DNA of 64,000 bases, taken from the NCBI GenBank assembly GCA_963667465.2, contig CAXXDN010000002.1:1472001-1536000 (forward strand), in the 5' to 3' direction. Below the pieces are notes generated by a model. The model ran no database searches, was not told the origin of the DNA, and worked only from the letters and a program-made list of their open reading frames with translations. Positions 44,177 to 53,744 of the stretch are shown here, in pieces. The position numbers were made by a program, and so were the translations under genes. Position 1 is the stretch's first letter, and every line of letters starts with the position of its first letter. The stretch comes from Dehalococcoidia bacterium. GTDB taxonomy: Bacteria; Chloroflexota; Dehalococcoidia; UBA2979.

Positions 44177-46069
44177 TCAGCCGATCTTCTCAATACGGAT
44201 CGCCGAGGCCTTGAACTCGGAGGTGCCGGACTTCGGATCCCAGGCCTCGATCGTGAGGCGGTTGGTGTCGACATCGTCGGGGAAGTGCAGCGTCATGAAG
44301 GCAAGCCCCGGCCGCAGTTCCGAGGCGTAGCGCACCGGCGCCTCCAGCTCGCCACGCCGCGAGCAGACGCGCACCCGCTCGCCGTCCGCCACGCCGAGGC
44401 GCGCGCCGTCCTCGGGCGAGATGTCGAGCGTCTCCGGCCGGCGCAGCGGCGAGCCGTAGCCGGCGGTCTGCACCCCCGTGTTGTAGGAGTCGAGGCGGCG
44501 ACCTGTTGTCAGCCGGATCGGATACTCCGCGGTCAGTTCGTCGACCGGCGGGACGTGCTCGACGGGGTGGAAGGGGACGCGCGGGCCCTCGAGTGGGGCG
44601 CTCCAGAGCCGCCCGTGGAGGAACACCGCTCCGGGATCCTGCTCGTCTGTGCAGGGCCACTGGATGCCGCCCAGCTCCTCGAGGCGCGCGTAGCTCATCC
44701 CGCCGTGGAGCGGCGAGAGCCCGCGCAGCTCGTCCCAGACCTGCTCCGCCTCCGGGGCGCCCCAGTCCGCGCCGAGGCGTTCCGCGAGTGCGAAGACAGC
44801 GTCGAGGTCGTCGCGCGCCTCGCCGGGCGGGTCGAGCGCCTTGCGCACGCGCTGCACGCGGCGCTCGCTGTTGGTCACGGTACCCTCGGTCTCCGCCCAG
44901 GCGGCGGCGGCCGGGAGCACCACGTCGGCCAGCTCGGCGGTCCTGGTGAGCACGATGTCCTGCACGACGAGGTGGTCGAGGCCCTCGATCAGCCGCCGCG
45001 CGCGCTGCACGTCGGCCTCGGACTGCGCGGGGTTCTCGCCGATCACGTAGAGCGCGCGCAGCTCGCCGCGCTCCATCGCCTCGAACATCTGCGTGAGGTG
45101 CCAGCCGTTGCGCGGCGGCACGGTGACGCCCCACGCCTCTTCGAAGCGCGCGCGCGCCGCGTCGTCCTGGACCCTCTGGAAGCCCGGCAGCCGGGTCGGC
45201 ACGGCGCCCACGTCGCCGCCGCCCTGCACGTTGTTCTGGCCGCGCAGCGGGTTGAGGCCGGAGCCGGGGCGACCGACGTGCCCGGTCAGCAGCGCGAGGT
45301 TGATCAGCGCCAGCACGTGGTCGGTGGCGTTGTGGTGTTCGGTGATGCCGAGCGTCCAGCAGAGCTGCGCCGTCCCGGCGCTGCCGTAGGCGTGCGCCAG
45401 TTCGCGGATCGCCTCGGCCGGTACGCCCGAGATCGCTTCGGCGCGCTCCAGCGTGTACGGCTCGACGGACTCGCGGTACGCCTCAAAGTGCTCCGTCGCC
45501 CGCTCGACGAACTCGCGGTGGGCGAGACCGGCGTGGATGATCTCGCGTCCGACGGCGTTCGCGAGCGCGATGTCGGAGCCGACATCGGGGCCGAGCCAGA
45601 GGTCCGCCCACTCCGAGGTGGTCGTGCGGCGGGGATCGACGACGATCAGCCGCGCGCCGTTGCGGATACCCGCGAGTACGTGGTGGAAGTAGATCGGGTG
45701 GGTCTCGCGGGCGTTCGAGCCCCAGAGCACGATCAGCTCGGTGTCCTCGGTCTCCTGGTAGGAGCTGGTCCCGCCTCCCAGGCCAAACACCATCGCCAGA
45801 CCGGCGACGCTGGGGGCATGTCAGGTGCGATTGCAGCTGTCGATGTTGTTGCTGCCGATCACGGCGCGGGCGAGTTTCTGCGCGGCGTAGTTCAGCTCGT
45901 TCGTGCCCTTCGAGCAGCTGAACAGGCCGAAGGAGGTCGGGCCGTGCGCCTCCGTCGCGCGCCGGATGCCCGTGGCCGCGCGGTCGAGCGCCTCGTCCCA
46001 CGAGGCGCGCCGCAGCGCGCCGCCCTCGCGGACGAGCGGGTGCGTCAGACGGGTGTAGCGCCGGCCCAT
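44177..46069 (-). CDS. fdhF: Formate dehydrogenase catalytic (Mo/W-bisPGD) subunit, selenocysteine-containing
   Basis: ORFs 45821..46072 and 44177..45793 are one frame joined by TGA at 45823-45821: NNIDSCNRT-U-HAPSVAGL; LRGQNNVQG; SECIS-like hairpin follows. Confidence 0.92.
45791..45809 (-). promoter_or_regulatory. Bacterial SECIS element
   Basis: 11 nt after UGA: CGUCGCC-GGUCU-GGCGAUG stem-loop with a GU-containing apical loop, same layout as the E. coli fdhF SECIS. Confidence 0.8.
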
Positions 46070-46178
46070 CACAACCTCCGGTCACTCGGACCGCTCAGGA
46101 TACGACTCCGGGGGAGGGCTTGCCGCCCTCAGCGGTATCATGCGAGCCGCGAGCGCGGGCGAAGGGTGCGCAGAGTCG

Positions 46179-47402
46179 ATGACGAACCCCGGCGCACAAC
46201 GTACCGATGCAGGCGCCACCCCGGACCCGCGAGCGGGCGCGGCGGCGCCCGGACCCCCGCTCTGGACGCTCGACTTCATCCTCAACGCCCTCGGCACGGT
46301 GGGCTTCTTCGGCAGCTTCTTCTACCTCGTCTCGGTGCTCCCCGAGTACATCGACTCGATCGGTGGGGAGAAGTGGCAGATCGGCGTGATTGTGGGCGGC
46401 TTCGGGTTCGTGCCCCTCGTGCTGCGGCCCTTCGTGGGGCGCTGGAGCGACCGGGGGCACCGCAAGCGCCTGCAGCGCATTGGCATCCTGACAATGGCTC
46501 TCTCCACGGTGCTGATGGTCTTGTCGGAGGACGTGATCTCGCTCTTCGTCCTGCGCGTCGGGCAGGGCATCGGCATGGCGCTGTTCCCCACCGCGGCCGC
46601 CTCGCTGGCCGCCGAGCTGGCTCCGCCCGCCCGGCGCGGCGAGGGCCTCGGCTACTTCGGGATGGCGACGAGCTCCGCACAGATGATCACGCCGGCCCTG
46701 GGCGTCGCGATCGCCGCGCTGTGGGGCTACGACGCGGTCTTCATCGTCGCCGCCTCCACCTCGCTGGCGACGCTGCTGGTGGTCCAAGCAATCGACGAGC
46801 CGGCAAGCGAGGCGCAGGCCGGGGACGGCTCCGCGCTCATCGCACGGCGCGCGATCTTCCCGATGCTGATCTTCCTCTCGGTCACGTTCTCGATCGTCGC
46901 CGCCTCGGCCTTCCTGCCGCTGCACGGCAGCGACCGAGAGCTCGGCAACGTCGGGCTGTTCTTCCTCGTCTCCGGCGCGGGCGCGATGCTGATCCGGCCC
47001 CTCGCCGGGAGCATGTCCGACCGGCTGGGGCGCGTGCCAGTGACGGTGCCCGCGCTGCTTCTGGCCTGCATCGGGATGTGGATCGTCGCCGTCGCGCAGT
47101 CGCCGCCGATGCTCTGGTTCGCCGCGGCGCTGGTCGGGCTGGGCCTCGGCGCATCGCACACCGGCCTGCTCTCGCTCGCCGTCGATCGCGTGCCGGTCAG
47201 CGAGAAGGGGCGCGCTGCGGCGGTGCTGCAACTCGCATGGGACGTCGGCGGGTTGACCGGAGCGGTCGTCCTCGGCGTCGTCGCGACGCTGCTCGGCGTC
47301 TCCGCCGTGTTCTGGACGGCGGGGGCGCTGGTCATGGTCGCGACCGTCACGCTGGTCGCCGCCTCGGCGCGCGGCACGCTGGCGCTGACCGCCGCGGACT
47401 GA
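46179..47402 (+). CDS. MFS transporter
   Basis: GRWSDRGHRK and GSMSDRLGR motif-A copies, ~12 hydrophobic segments. Confidence 0.92.
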   Translation: MTNPGAQRTDAGATPDPRAGAAAPGPPLWTLDFILNALGTVGFFGSFFYLVSVLPEYIDSIGGEKWQIGVIVGGFGFVPLVLRPFVGRWSDRGHRKRLQRIGILTMALSTVLMVLSEDVISLFVLRVGQGIGMALFPTAAASLAAELAPPARRGEGLGYFGMATSSAQMITPALGVAIAALWGYDAVFIVAASTSLATLLVVQAIDEPASEAQAGDGSALIARRAIFPMLIFLSVTFSIVAASAFLPLHGSDRELGNVGLFFLVSGAGAMLIRPLAGSMSDRLGRVPVTVPALLLACIGMWIVAVAQSPPMLWFAAALVGLGLGASHTGLLSLAVDRVPVSEKGRAAAVLQLAWDVGGLTGAVVLGVVATLLGVSAVFWTAGALVMVATVTLVAASARGTLALTAAD

Positions 47403-47439
47403 GCCTCGAGGGCTCGGCCCGCGGCGCTACGCCCCGCGC

Positions 47440-48453
47440 CTACTCCATCGGCTCGAGGCCGTAGACCTCCATCGCGGTCCCGCGGAACAGGCGGTCCTTC
47501 TCGGACTCGGAGAAGTCCGCAACCAGCTTCTTGAAGGCGTTCCAGACCACATGGAACGAGACCGAGGGCTTGTCCGCCGGGAAGTTGCTCTCGAACATCG
47601 CGCGCTCCGGACCGAACGCCTCGATCGCGTGCAGGTAGTAGCGGCTCTGCAGCGCGACCAGCTCGTCCGAGGTGCCCGGCCGCTCGCGCGCCTCCCAGCC
47701 AAAGCCGTTCCACGGCATCAGCATCCCGCCGAGCTTGATGTAGGTGTTCGGCAGCGCCGCGAGCTCCGAGATCCCCTGCTTCCAGACCTCGAAGATCTCG
47801 TCGGCCTGGCTCGCGTAGGGGCCGGTGTTGAGCGGCGTCCCGAGGTGGTCGAGCACGATCGTCGTGTCCGGGAAGTCGCGCGCCAGCTCCGTCAGGTAGG
47901 GCGTCTGCGGGTGATAGTGCCAGCCGTCGAACATCAGCCCCAGCGAGGCCAGTTCCGCGAAGCCCGCGCGGAAGTTCGGATCGCGGTAGGCCTCGCCGCT
48001 GGTCAGGGCCGGCATGCTCGGCACGGTGTCGCTTTCGTCCCAGGCGACGATGTAGCGGATGCCCTTGAACAGCGGCGTGACCTCCATTTGCGTCTCCAGG
48101 CAGCGGCGCACGCCCGAGCCGAGCATCAGGTCGGCGGTGCCGACGATGGCGCGCACCCGCGCCTTGCCCGCCGGGGCCTGCTCCGCCTCGGCGGCGAGGC
48201 CCGCCACCCACTCCGTCTGGCCGACAGGCTTGAGGTCCTCCGGGCCGTCCTCGCGGAACATCGCCCCGCACTCGATGAACACGGTCTGCTCCACGTTGTG
48301 GGTGTCCATGTCCGCCCAGTAGTGCTCGAGCAGGTAGTCCTCGAAGCCGTGCTCGCTGTTGTAGAAGAAGTGGTGATGCGGATCGACGATCGGCCGCTCC
48401 GGCTCGACGATCTCTTCCTGCACCAGCGCGAGCCAGTCCTCGCGGATCTCCAT
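47440..48453 (-). CDS. Amidohydrolase_2 family protein
   Basis: IVDPHHH, IVLDHLGTP, IKLGG, MFESNFP.DK. Confidence 0.92.
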   Translation of the reverse strand: MEIREDWLALVQEEIVEPERPIVDPHHHFFYNSEHGFEDYLLEHYWADMDTHNVEQTVFIECGAMFREDGPEDLKPVGQTEWVAGLAAEAEQAPAGKARVRAIVGTADLMLGSGVRRCLETQMEVTPLFKGIRYIVAWDESDTVPSMPALTSGEAYRDPNFRAGFAELASLGLMFDGWHYHPQTPYLTELARDFPDTTIVLDHLGTPLNTGPYASQADEIFEVWKQGISELAALPNTYIKLGGMLMPWNGFGWEARERPGTSDELVALQSRYYLHAIEAFGPERAMFESNFPADKPSVSFHVVWNAFKKLVADFSESEKDRLFRGTAMEVYGLEPME

Positions 48454-48656
48454 CGCTTCGTCCCCCTTCGCGCAGAGTCTCGACACGCCGCCCGCGGGCG
48501 GCGCGCCGAATGGTAGCCGATCGGCGCGCTGACGCCACTGCCGGGGCCTGAGCGAGGCATCCGCGGCAAGCGGGTCGCTGCGGGGCGGCGGTCTGTGCCA
48601 TGCTCGGCGCGCTCGCGACGCCCGCGACCGGGCCCGCGCGGGAGGGAGGCGTCCGG

Positions 48657-51161
48657 ATGTCTGAGGCTCCCGGCCCGCTGACGGGCCTGCGCGTCGTCGA
48701 GATCGCGGCCGGCGCGGCCGTGGCCTACTGCGGGCAGCTGCTCGCCCAGGCCGGCGCGGACATCGTGCGCGTCGAGCCTCCCGAGGGCGACGAGGTCCGC
48801 CTGCAGGGCCCCTTTCCCGGCGACCGCTTCAGCCTCGACGAGGGTGGCATGCACCGCGTGCTCAACGGCGGCAAGCGCAGCGTCGCCGCCGCCGCCACGA
48901 GCGCCGAGGGCACGGCAGCCGTCGAGGCGCTCGTCGAGGACTGCGACCTGCTGCTCAGCTCGCACCAGGCGGACTCGGCGCTGCCACTCGACGACCCCGA
49001 GGAGTTCGCGCGGCGCTTCCCCGGCGTGACGTACGTCTCGGTGAGCCCGTTCGGCGCGACCGGCCCGTACGCCTCGTACCGGGCGGACAGCCAGGTGATC
49101 GAGGCGCTGTCCGGGTTCTCCTACGTCACCGGCAACCCGGACCGCGAGCCGCTCGCCATGGGCGTCGACATCGCCGACTACTTCGCCGGGGTCAACGGCT
49201 ACGTCGCCGCGACGGCGGCGCTGTTCGACGGCGGACGAGGCTTCGTCGACGTCTCGTCCCTCGAATCGCTCGCGCTGGCGGACGATCACACGCTGGCAGT
49301 CTACGCCGGCACGGGCGCGATTCGCCGCCGCTATTACTCGCGCGTGCTGATCGCGTATCCGATGGACGTGCTGCCCTGCAAGGCTGGAGCGGTCGCCTTC
49401 ATCATGCAGGCCAACTCCGCCCCGCCGCTCGCGGAGCTGATCGGCAGGCCCGAGCTGGCGGAGGCGCCGATCCTCGCCGAGCTGCGCGAGCGCGTGCTGA
49501 ACTGGCAGGACTTCGATGCCCTGATCCTCCCCTGGCTCGCCGAGCACAGCGCCGACGAGGTGGTGGAGCGGGCGCGCGAGCTGCGGCTGCCCTTCGGGTA
49601 CGTGCTGCGCGCCACCGAGCTGCTCGAGGACGAGCACCTCAACGTGCGCGGCTTCTTCGACCCTCCACCCGGCGGAGCGCGCACGCTCGGCCCGCCCTTC
49701 CGCCTGACCGAGACGCCGCTGCGCTCCGGCGCCCCGCCGGCCCTCGGCGAGCACGACGCGCAGCCGTGGCCCGCGCCGCGCGAGGCGGGCGAGGGCGTGC
49801 GGGGGCGGCGCGGCGCCCTCGCCGGTCTGAAGGTGATCGACCTCTCCCGCGTCTGGGCGGGGCCGCACATCGGCCGCTCGCTCGCCGACCTCGGCGCGGA
49901 CGTGGTGAAGGTCGAGCGCCCGCACCTGCCCGGCACGCTGCGCAGCGGCTTCATCGCCGGCAACGACGCGAACGGCGCGTACTGGAACCGCTCGACGTAC
50001 TTCCTCGCGCGCAACGCGGGCAAGCGCGCGCTCACGCTCGACTACGCCACTGAGGAAGGACAGGAGGTGCTGCACCGCCTGCTCGCCGAGGCGGACGTGC
50101 TGATCGAGAACTTCACGCCGCCGGTGCTGCGCCGCTACTCGCTGGACTACGCCTCGCTGAAGGAGCGCCACCCGCAGCTCGTCATGGTCTCGGTCTGCGG
50201 CTACGGGCAGACCGGGCCGAACAGCGACAACCCGGCGCTCGGCCAGACGATCGAGCCGGCCGCCGGCATCTCGGCAGTCACCGGCTACGAGGGCGAGCCG
50301 CCGATCCTCGCGGGCAACACGCTCGGCGACGCGTTCTCCGGGATGCACGCCGTGGCCGGGGTGCTGACGGCGCTGCTGGCGCGCGAGCGGAGCGGCCGCG
50401 GTCAGCACGTCGATGTGGCGATGCAGGAGGCGATGATCCAGCTCAGCGGGGCGCACGTGATGGACGCGCTGCTCAACGGCCGCGTGCACGCCCCCGTCGG
50501 CAACCGCCGCCCCGGCATGGTGCGCGGCGCCTACCGCTGCGAGGGCGACGATGCCTTCGTGGCGATCAGCGCGCGCGGCGACGGCGAGTGGGCAGCGCTC
50601 TGCGAGGCGATCGGCCGCCCTGAGCTCGCCCGCGGCGAGCGCTTCCGCGACGCCGCCGCCCGCACCGCCTCACACGACGAGATCGACGCGATCCTCAGCG
50701 AGTGGGCGATCGGCCGGACCAACGTCGAGGCGATGGAGACGCTGCAAGCGGCGGGCGTGCCCGCCGGCGCGGCGCTCCGACCCGACGAGGTCTTCACGAA
50801 CGAGCAGCTGCGCGCCCGGCGCTTCTTTGAGCCGGTCGAGTTGCCGGACTTCGGAGCGATCCCGCTGCAGCGCTACATCCCCGCGCTCTTCGACGGCGAG
50901 CCGTACCCGCCGCCCGGCCGCGCTCCCATCGTGGACGAGCACACCGAGGCCGTGCTCAGCGAGGCGGGTCTGTCAGCCGAGGAACGGCAGCGGCTGTTCG
51001 ACGCCGGCATCACGGCTCCGGACCTGAGCGTGCTGCAATCCGACGCCATGCGCTCGACGCGCGTCATGGACCTCGAGGCCTACGTGGAGCAGGGCTCGGT
51101 ACTGCGGATCGACGAGGACTACCGCGAGCGGCTCGCGGCGGCGCTGCGCGCCTCCTCCTGA
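48657..51161 (+). CDS. Fused tandem class III CoA-transferase
   Basis: Two CaiB domains with IADYFAG and LGDAFSG Asp motifs; ATG after GGAGG. Confidence 0.9.
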   Translation: MSEAPGPLTGLRVVEIAAGAAVAYCGQLLAQAGADIVRVEPPEGDEVRLQGPFPGDRFSLDEGGMHRVLNGGKRSVAAAATSAEGTAAVEALVEDCDLLLSSHQADSALPLDDPEEFARRFPGVTYVSVSPFGATGPYASYRADSQVIEALSGFSYVTGNPDREPLAMGVDIADYFAGVNGYVAATAALFDGGRGFVDVSSLESLALADDHTLAVYAGTGAIRRRYYSRVLIAYPMDVLPCKAGAVAFIMQANSAPPLAELIGRPELAEAPILAELRERVLNWQDFDALILPWLAEHSADEVVERARELRLPFGYVLRATELLEDEHLNVRGFFDPPPGGARTLGPPFRLTETPLRSGAPPALGEHDAQPWPAPREAGEGVRGRRGALAGLKVIDLSRVWAGPHIGRSLADLGADVVKVERPHLPGTLRSGFIAGNDANGAYWNRSTYFLARNAGKRALTLDYATEEGQEVLHRLLAEADVLIENFTPPVLRRYSLDYASLKERHPQLVMVSVCGYGQTGPNSDNPALGQTIEPAAGISAVTGYEGEPPILAGNTLGDAFSGMHAVAGVLTALLARERSGRGQHVDVAMQEAMIQLSGAHVMDALLNGRVHAPVGNRRPGMVRGAYRCEGDDAFVAISARGDGEWAALCEAIGRPELARGERFRDAAARTASHDEIDAILSEWAIGRTNVEAMETLQAAGVPAGAALRPDEVFTNEQLRARRFFEPVELPDFGAIPLQRYIPALFDGEPYPPPGRAPIVDEHTEAVLSEAGLSAEERQRLFDAGITAPDLSVLQSDAMRSTRVMDLEAYVEQGSVLRIDEDYRERLAAALRASS

Positions 51162-52402
51162 GCCTCGCCCGCCGGGGCGTCGCCATTCGTTTCGCGCGGC
51201 GGCCCGTCCGACTGCGCGATCACGCCGCCCTCGAGCAGCGGCGCGAGTTCGCCGGCGCCGAGTCCGAGCTCCTCGCCCAGCACCTCGACGGTGTGCTCGC
51301 CGAGCAGCGGCGCCGAGACGATCGGCACCTTGCTCTCCGACATGCGGGGCGGCCAGCCCATGAAGCGCAGCGTCCCCGCCTGCGGGTGCTCCGCCTCCTG
51401 CACGAAGCCGCGCGAGACGAGGTGCGGATCGTGGTGCAGATCGTAGGTGTCGAGGGTGGCGCCGGCCGGCACGTCACCATCGCCGAGGATCTGCATCGCC
51501 TCGTGCTTGGTGTACTGGCTGGTCCACTTCGTGATCTCCTCGCGCAGCTCCTCGGCGTGATCCAGCCGCGCCTGCTCGGTGGCGAAGCGCGGGTCGGTGA
51601 GCATGTCGGTGCGGTCGATCGCGGTGCAGAGTGTGTCCCACTGCCGCGTGGTGACGACCATCAGGTAGACGTAGTCGTTGGGGCCGAAGGGCTTGCAGGG
51701 GTAGAGGTCCGTGCCGGGACCGCTGCGGTTGCCGCGGCGCGGCGCGGCCGAGGCGCCCCACTCCGACCCGTTCGCGATGACCGTGCGCATGTAGTAGGTC
51801 ATCGCCTCCTGCATCGAGAGCTCGATGAACTGGCCCTCGCCGGTGCGCTGCCGCTGGACGAAGGCGGCCGTGATCGCGAGCGCCATCTGCATGCCGGTCC
51901 CCGCGTCGCCGATGGTGAGTCCGGGCCGGATCGGTGGTCCGTCCTCGAAACCGGTGACGGAGAAGGCGCCGCCCATCGCCTGGGCGACCATGTCGTAGGA
52001 CTTGAAGTGCGCGTAGGGGCCCTCGAGGCCGAAGCCCTTGATGCGCCCGTAGATGAGCGGGGGGTGCAGCTCGCGCAGCACCGGGTAGTCGATGTCCAGC
52101 TTCTCGATCACGCCCGGCCCGTAGTTTTCGACGAAGATGTCGAAGCGCGGCACCAGCTGCAGGAACAGCTCCCGGCCCTCGGGCTTGCTCAGGTCCATTG
52201 CGACGCTGCGCTTGTTCGAGTTCCAGTTGAGGAAGTAGGGGCGTGGATCGATGCCGCGTGCGACCCCGCGGCCGGGATCGCCCATGCCCGGCCGTTCGAG
52301 CTTGACGATGTCGGCTCCAAGCCAGGCGAGGGCCTGCGTGCAGGACGTGCCTGCCTCGTACTGAGTCATGTCCAGCACTCTCATGCCTTCGAGCGCGGGC
52401 AT
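51119..52402 (-). CDS. Formyl-CoA transferase-like class III CoA-transferase
   Basis: LDMTQYEAGTSCTQALAWLGADIVK, NSNKRS, IKGFG, IGDAGTGMQ, YPCKPFGPNDYVY resemble the Frc subfamily. Confidence 0.85.
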   Translation of the reverse strand: MPALEGMRVLDMTQYEAGTSCTQALAWLGADIVKLERPGMGDPGRGVARGIDPRPYFLNWNSNKRSVAMDLSKPEGRELFLQLVPRFDIFVENYGPGVIEKLDIDYPVLRELHPPLIYGRIKGFGLEGPYAHFKSYDMVAQAMGGAFSVTGFEDGPPIRPGLTIGDAGTGMQMALAITAAFVQRQRTGEGQFIELSMQEAMTYYMRTVIANGSEWGASAAPRRGNRSGPGTDLYPCKPFGPNDYVYLMVVTTRQWDTLCTAIDRTDMLTDPRFATEQARLDHAEELREEITKWTSQYTKHEAMQILGDGDVPAGATLDTYDLHHDPHLVSRGFVQEAEHPQAGTLRFMGWPPRMSESKVPIVSAPLLGEHTVEVLGEELGLGAGELAPLLEGGVIAQSDGPPRETNGDAPAGEAQEEARSAAASRSR

Positions 52403-52461
52403 GGTTGCCCCTTCCTGCGCGGGACTCGCCCGCGCGCGCAGCGTAGCCCGCCCTGGGCGGG

Positions 52462-52770
52462 CTACTGCTGGTCGAACACCTCTTGCGCGATGCGGACTGC
52501 GTTGGCGACAGTCGGCCAGCCGGCGTAGAAGGCGACGTGCGTCAGCAGCTCGCCGATCTCTTCCTTGCTCAGCCCGTTGTCGAGGGCGCGCTGGAAGTGC
52601 CCGGGCAGCTGCCCCGTGCGGTACAGCGCCACCAGCACCGAGACGGTGATCAGGCTGCGATCGCGCTTCGAGAGTTCCGGCCGCTCCCAGATCTCCCCAA
52701 ACACCAGCTCGTCCGTAATCTTGCGCAGGTGTGGCGCTACCTCAGCCATCGCGTCGCGCGACGTGGTCAT
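52462..52770 (-). CDS. Carboxymuconolactone decarboxylase family protein
   Basis: VFGEIWERPELSKRDRSLIT, H...ALDNG, HVAFYAGWP. Confidence 0.92.
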   Translation of the reverse strand: MTTSRDAMAEVAPHLRKITDELVFGEIWERPELSKRDRSLITVSVLVALYRTGQLPGHFQRALDNGLSKEEIGELLTHVAFYAGWPTVANAVRIAQEVFDQQ

Positions 52771-52854
52771 TGGCGGTCTCCCCTCGTGCTCCGGTTGCGG
52801 CGAGGATACTCCCCGCGTCGAGGCGCGGGGGCGCGACCGGCCTCGGACGCCCGC

Positions 52855-53742
52855 TCAGGCCGACGGAGCGACACCGCACTCGCGCGCCACCGCCTCCTGG
52901 TACGCTTCGATCAGGGCGCGCGTGAGCGGGCCCGGCGCAGCGAACTCGTAGCGGCGATCGCCGTCGCGCAGCTCGGCGAGCGGCTGCACACCGACGATGC
53001 TGTTGGTCAGCAGCGCCTCGCGCGCCGCAAGCAGCTCCGCGAGCGGCAACCGCCGCTCCGCGGTCTCGAGGCCGAGCCCGCGCGCGCACTCCAGCACGGC
53101 CTCGCGCGTGACGCCGGGCAGCGCCCCCGCCTCGAGCGGCGGTGTGACCAGCACACCCCCTTCGCCGTCCTCCCCGGCGAGCACGGCGAAGACGTTGGCG
53201 GTCGAGGCCTCGACGACGTCGCCGTCGAGGTTGAGCAGCAGCGCCTGGTCCAGCCCGGCGCGCCGCGCCTCCTCGAGAGCGAGCAGCGGTCCGAGGTAGC
53301 TCACGGTCTTCGCGAACGGCAGCGGACGGTCCGCCGTCACGCGCGCGCCTCGCGCGACGAGCGCACGCGAGGGAGCGACGGCTTCCGGGACCGGCTGCGC
53401 CGTCACGAGCACCAGCGGCTCCCCCGCAGGCTCGAGGCCGGGCCGCGCGCCGCCGGAGCCGGCGCTCACCGTGAGACGCACGCGCGCCTCGGGCAGGGCG
53501 TTCGCCTCCAGCGTCTCGGCGATCGCGGTCTGCAGCACGTCGCGCGGCGGCGGCTCCACTCCCATCGCCCGCAGGCCCGCCTCGAGGCGATCGAGGTGGC
53601 GGCCCAGCCGGAACACGGCGCCGCCAAGGGCGCGCAACGTCTCGAAGCAGGCCGCGCCGTAGAGGAAGCCGCGATCGTCGATCGGCACGCTCGCCTCGGA
53701 GCGCGGCAGCAGCTCGCCGTTCAGCCAGACGTAGCCGGACAC
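52855..53742 (-). CDS. pabC: Class IV aminotransferase / aminodeoxychorismate lyase-like
   Basis: DRGFLYG..CFET, HLDRL, KTVSY, EASTAN, LPGVTR; directly downstream of pabB. Confidence 0.8.
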   Translation of the reverse strand: MSGYVWLNGELLPRSEASVPIDDRGFLYGAACFETLRALGGAVFRLGRHLDRLEAGLRAMGVEPPPRDVLQTAIAETLEANALPEARVRLTVSAGSGGARPGLEPAGEPLVLVTAQPVPEAVAPSRALVARGARVTADRPLPFAKTVSYLGPLLALEEARRAGLDQALLLNLDGDVVEASTANVFAVLAGEDGEGGVLVTPPLEAGALPGVTREAVLECARGLGLETAERRLPLAELLAAREALLTNSIVGVQPLAELRDGDRRYEFAAPGPLTRALIEAYQEAVARECGVAPSA

Positions 53743-53744
53743 GC

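Noticed and set aside
45821-45823. fdh as a nonsense pseudogene
   Set aside because: The stop is UGA exactly at the metal-ligand position and is followed by a SECIS-like hairpin
51119-51161. 43-bp tail-to-tail overlap of two CoA-transferase genes
   Set aside because: Low-complexity C-terminal run-on, common in GC-rich genomes; no evidence of function
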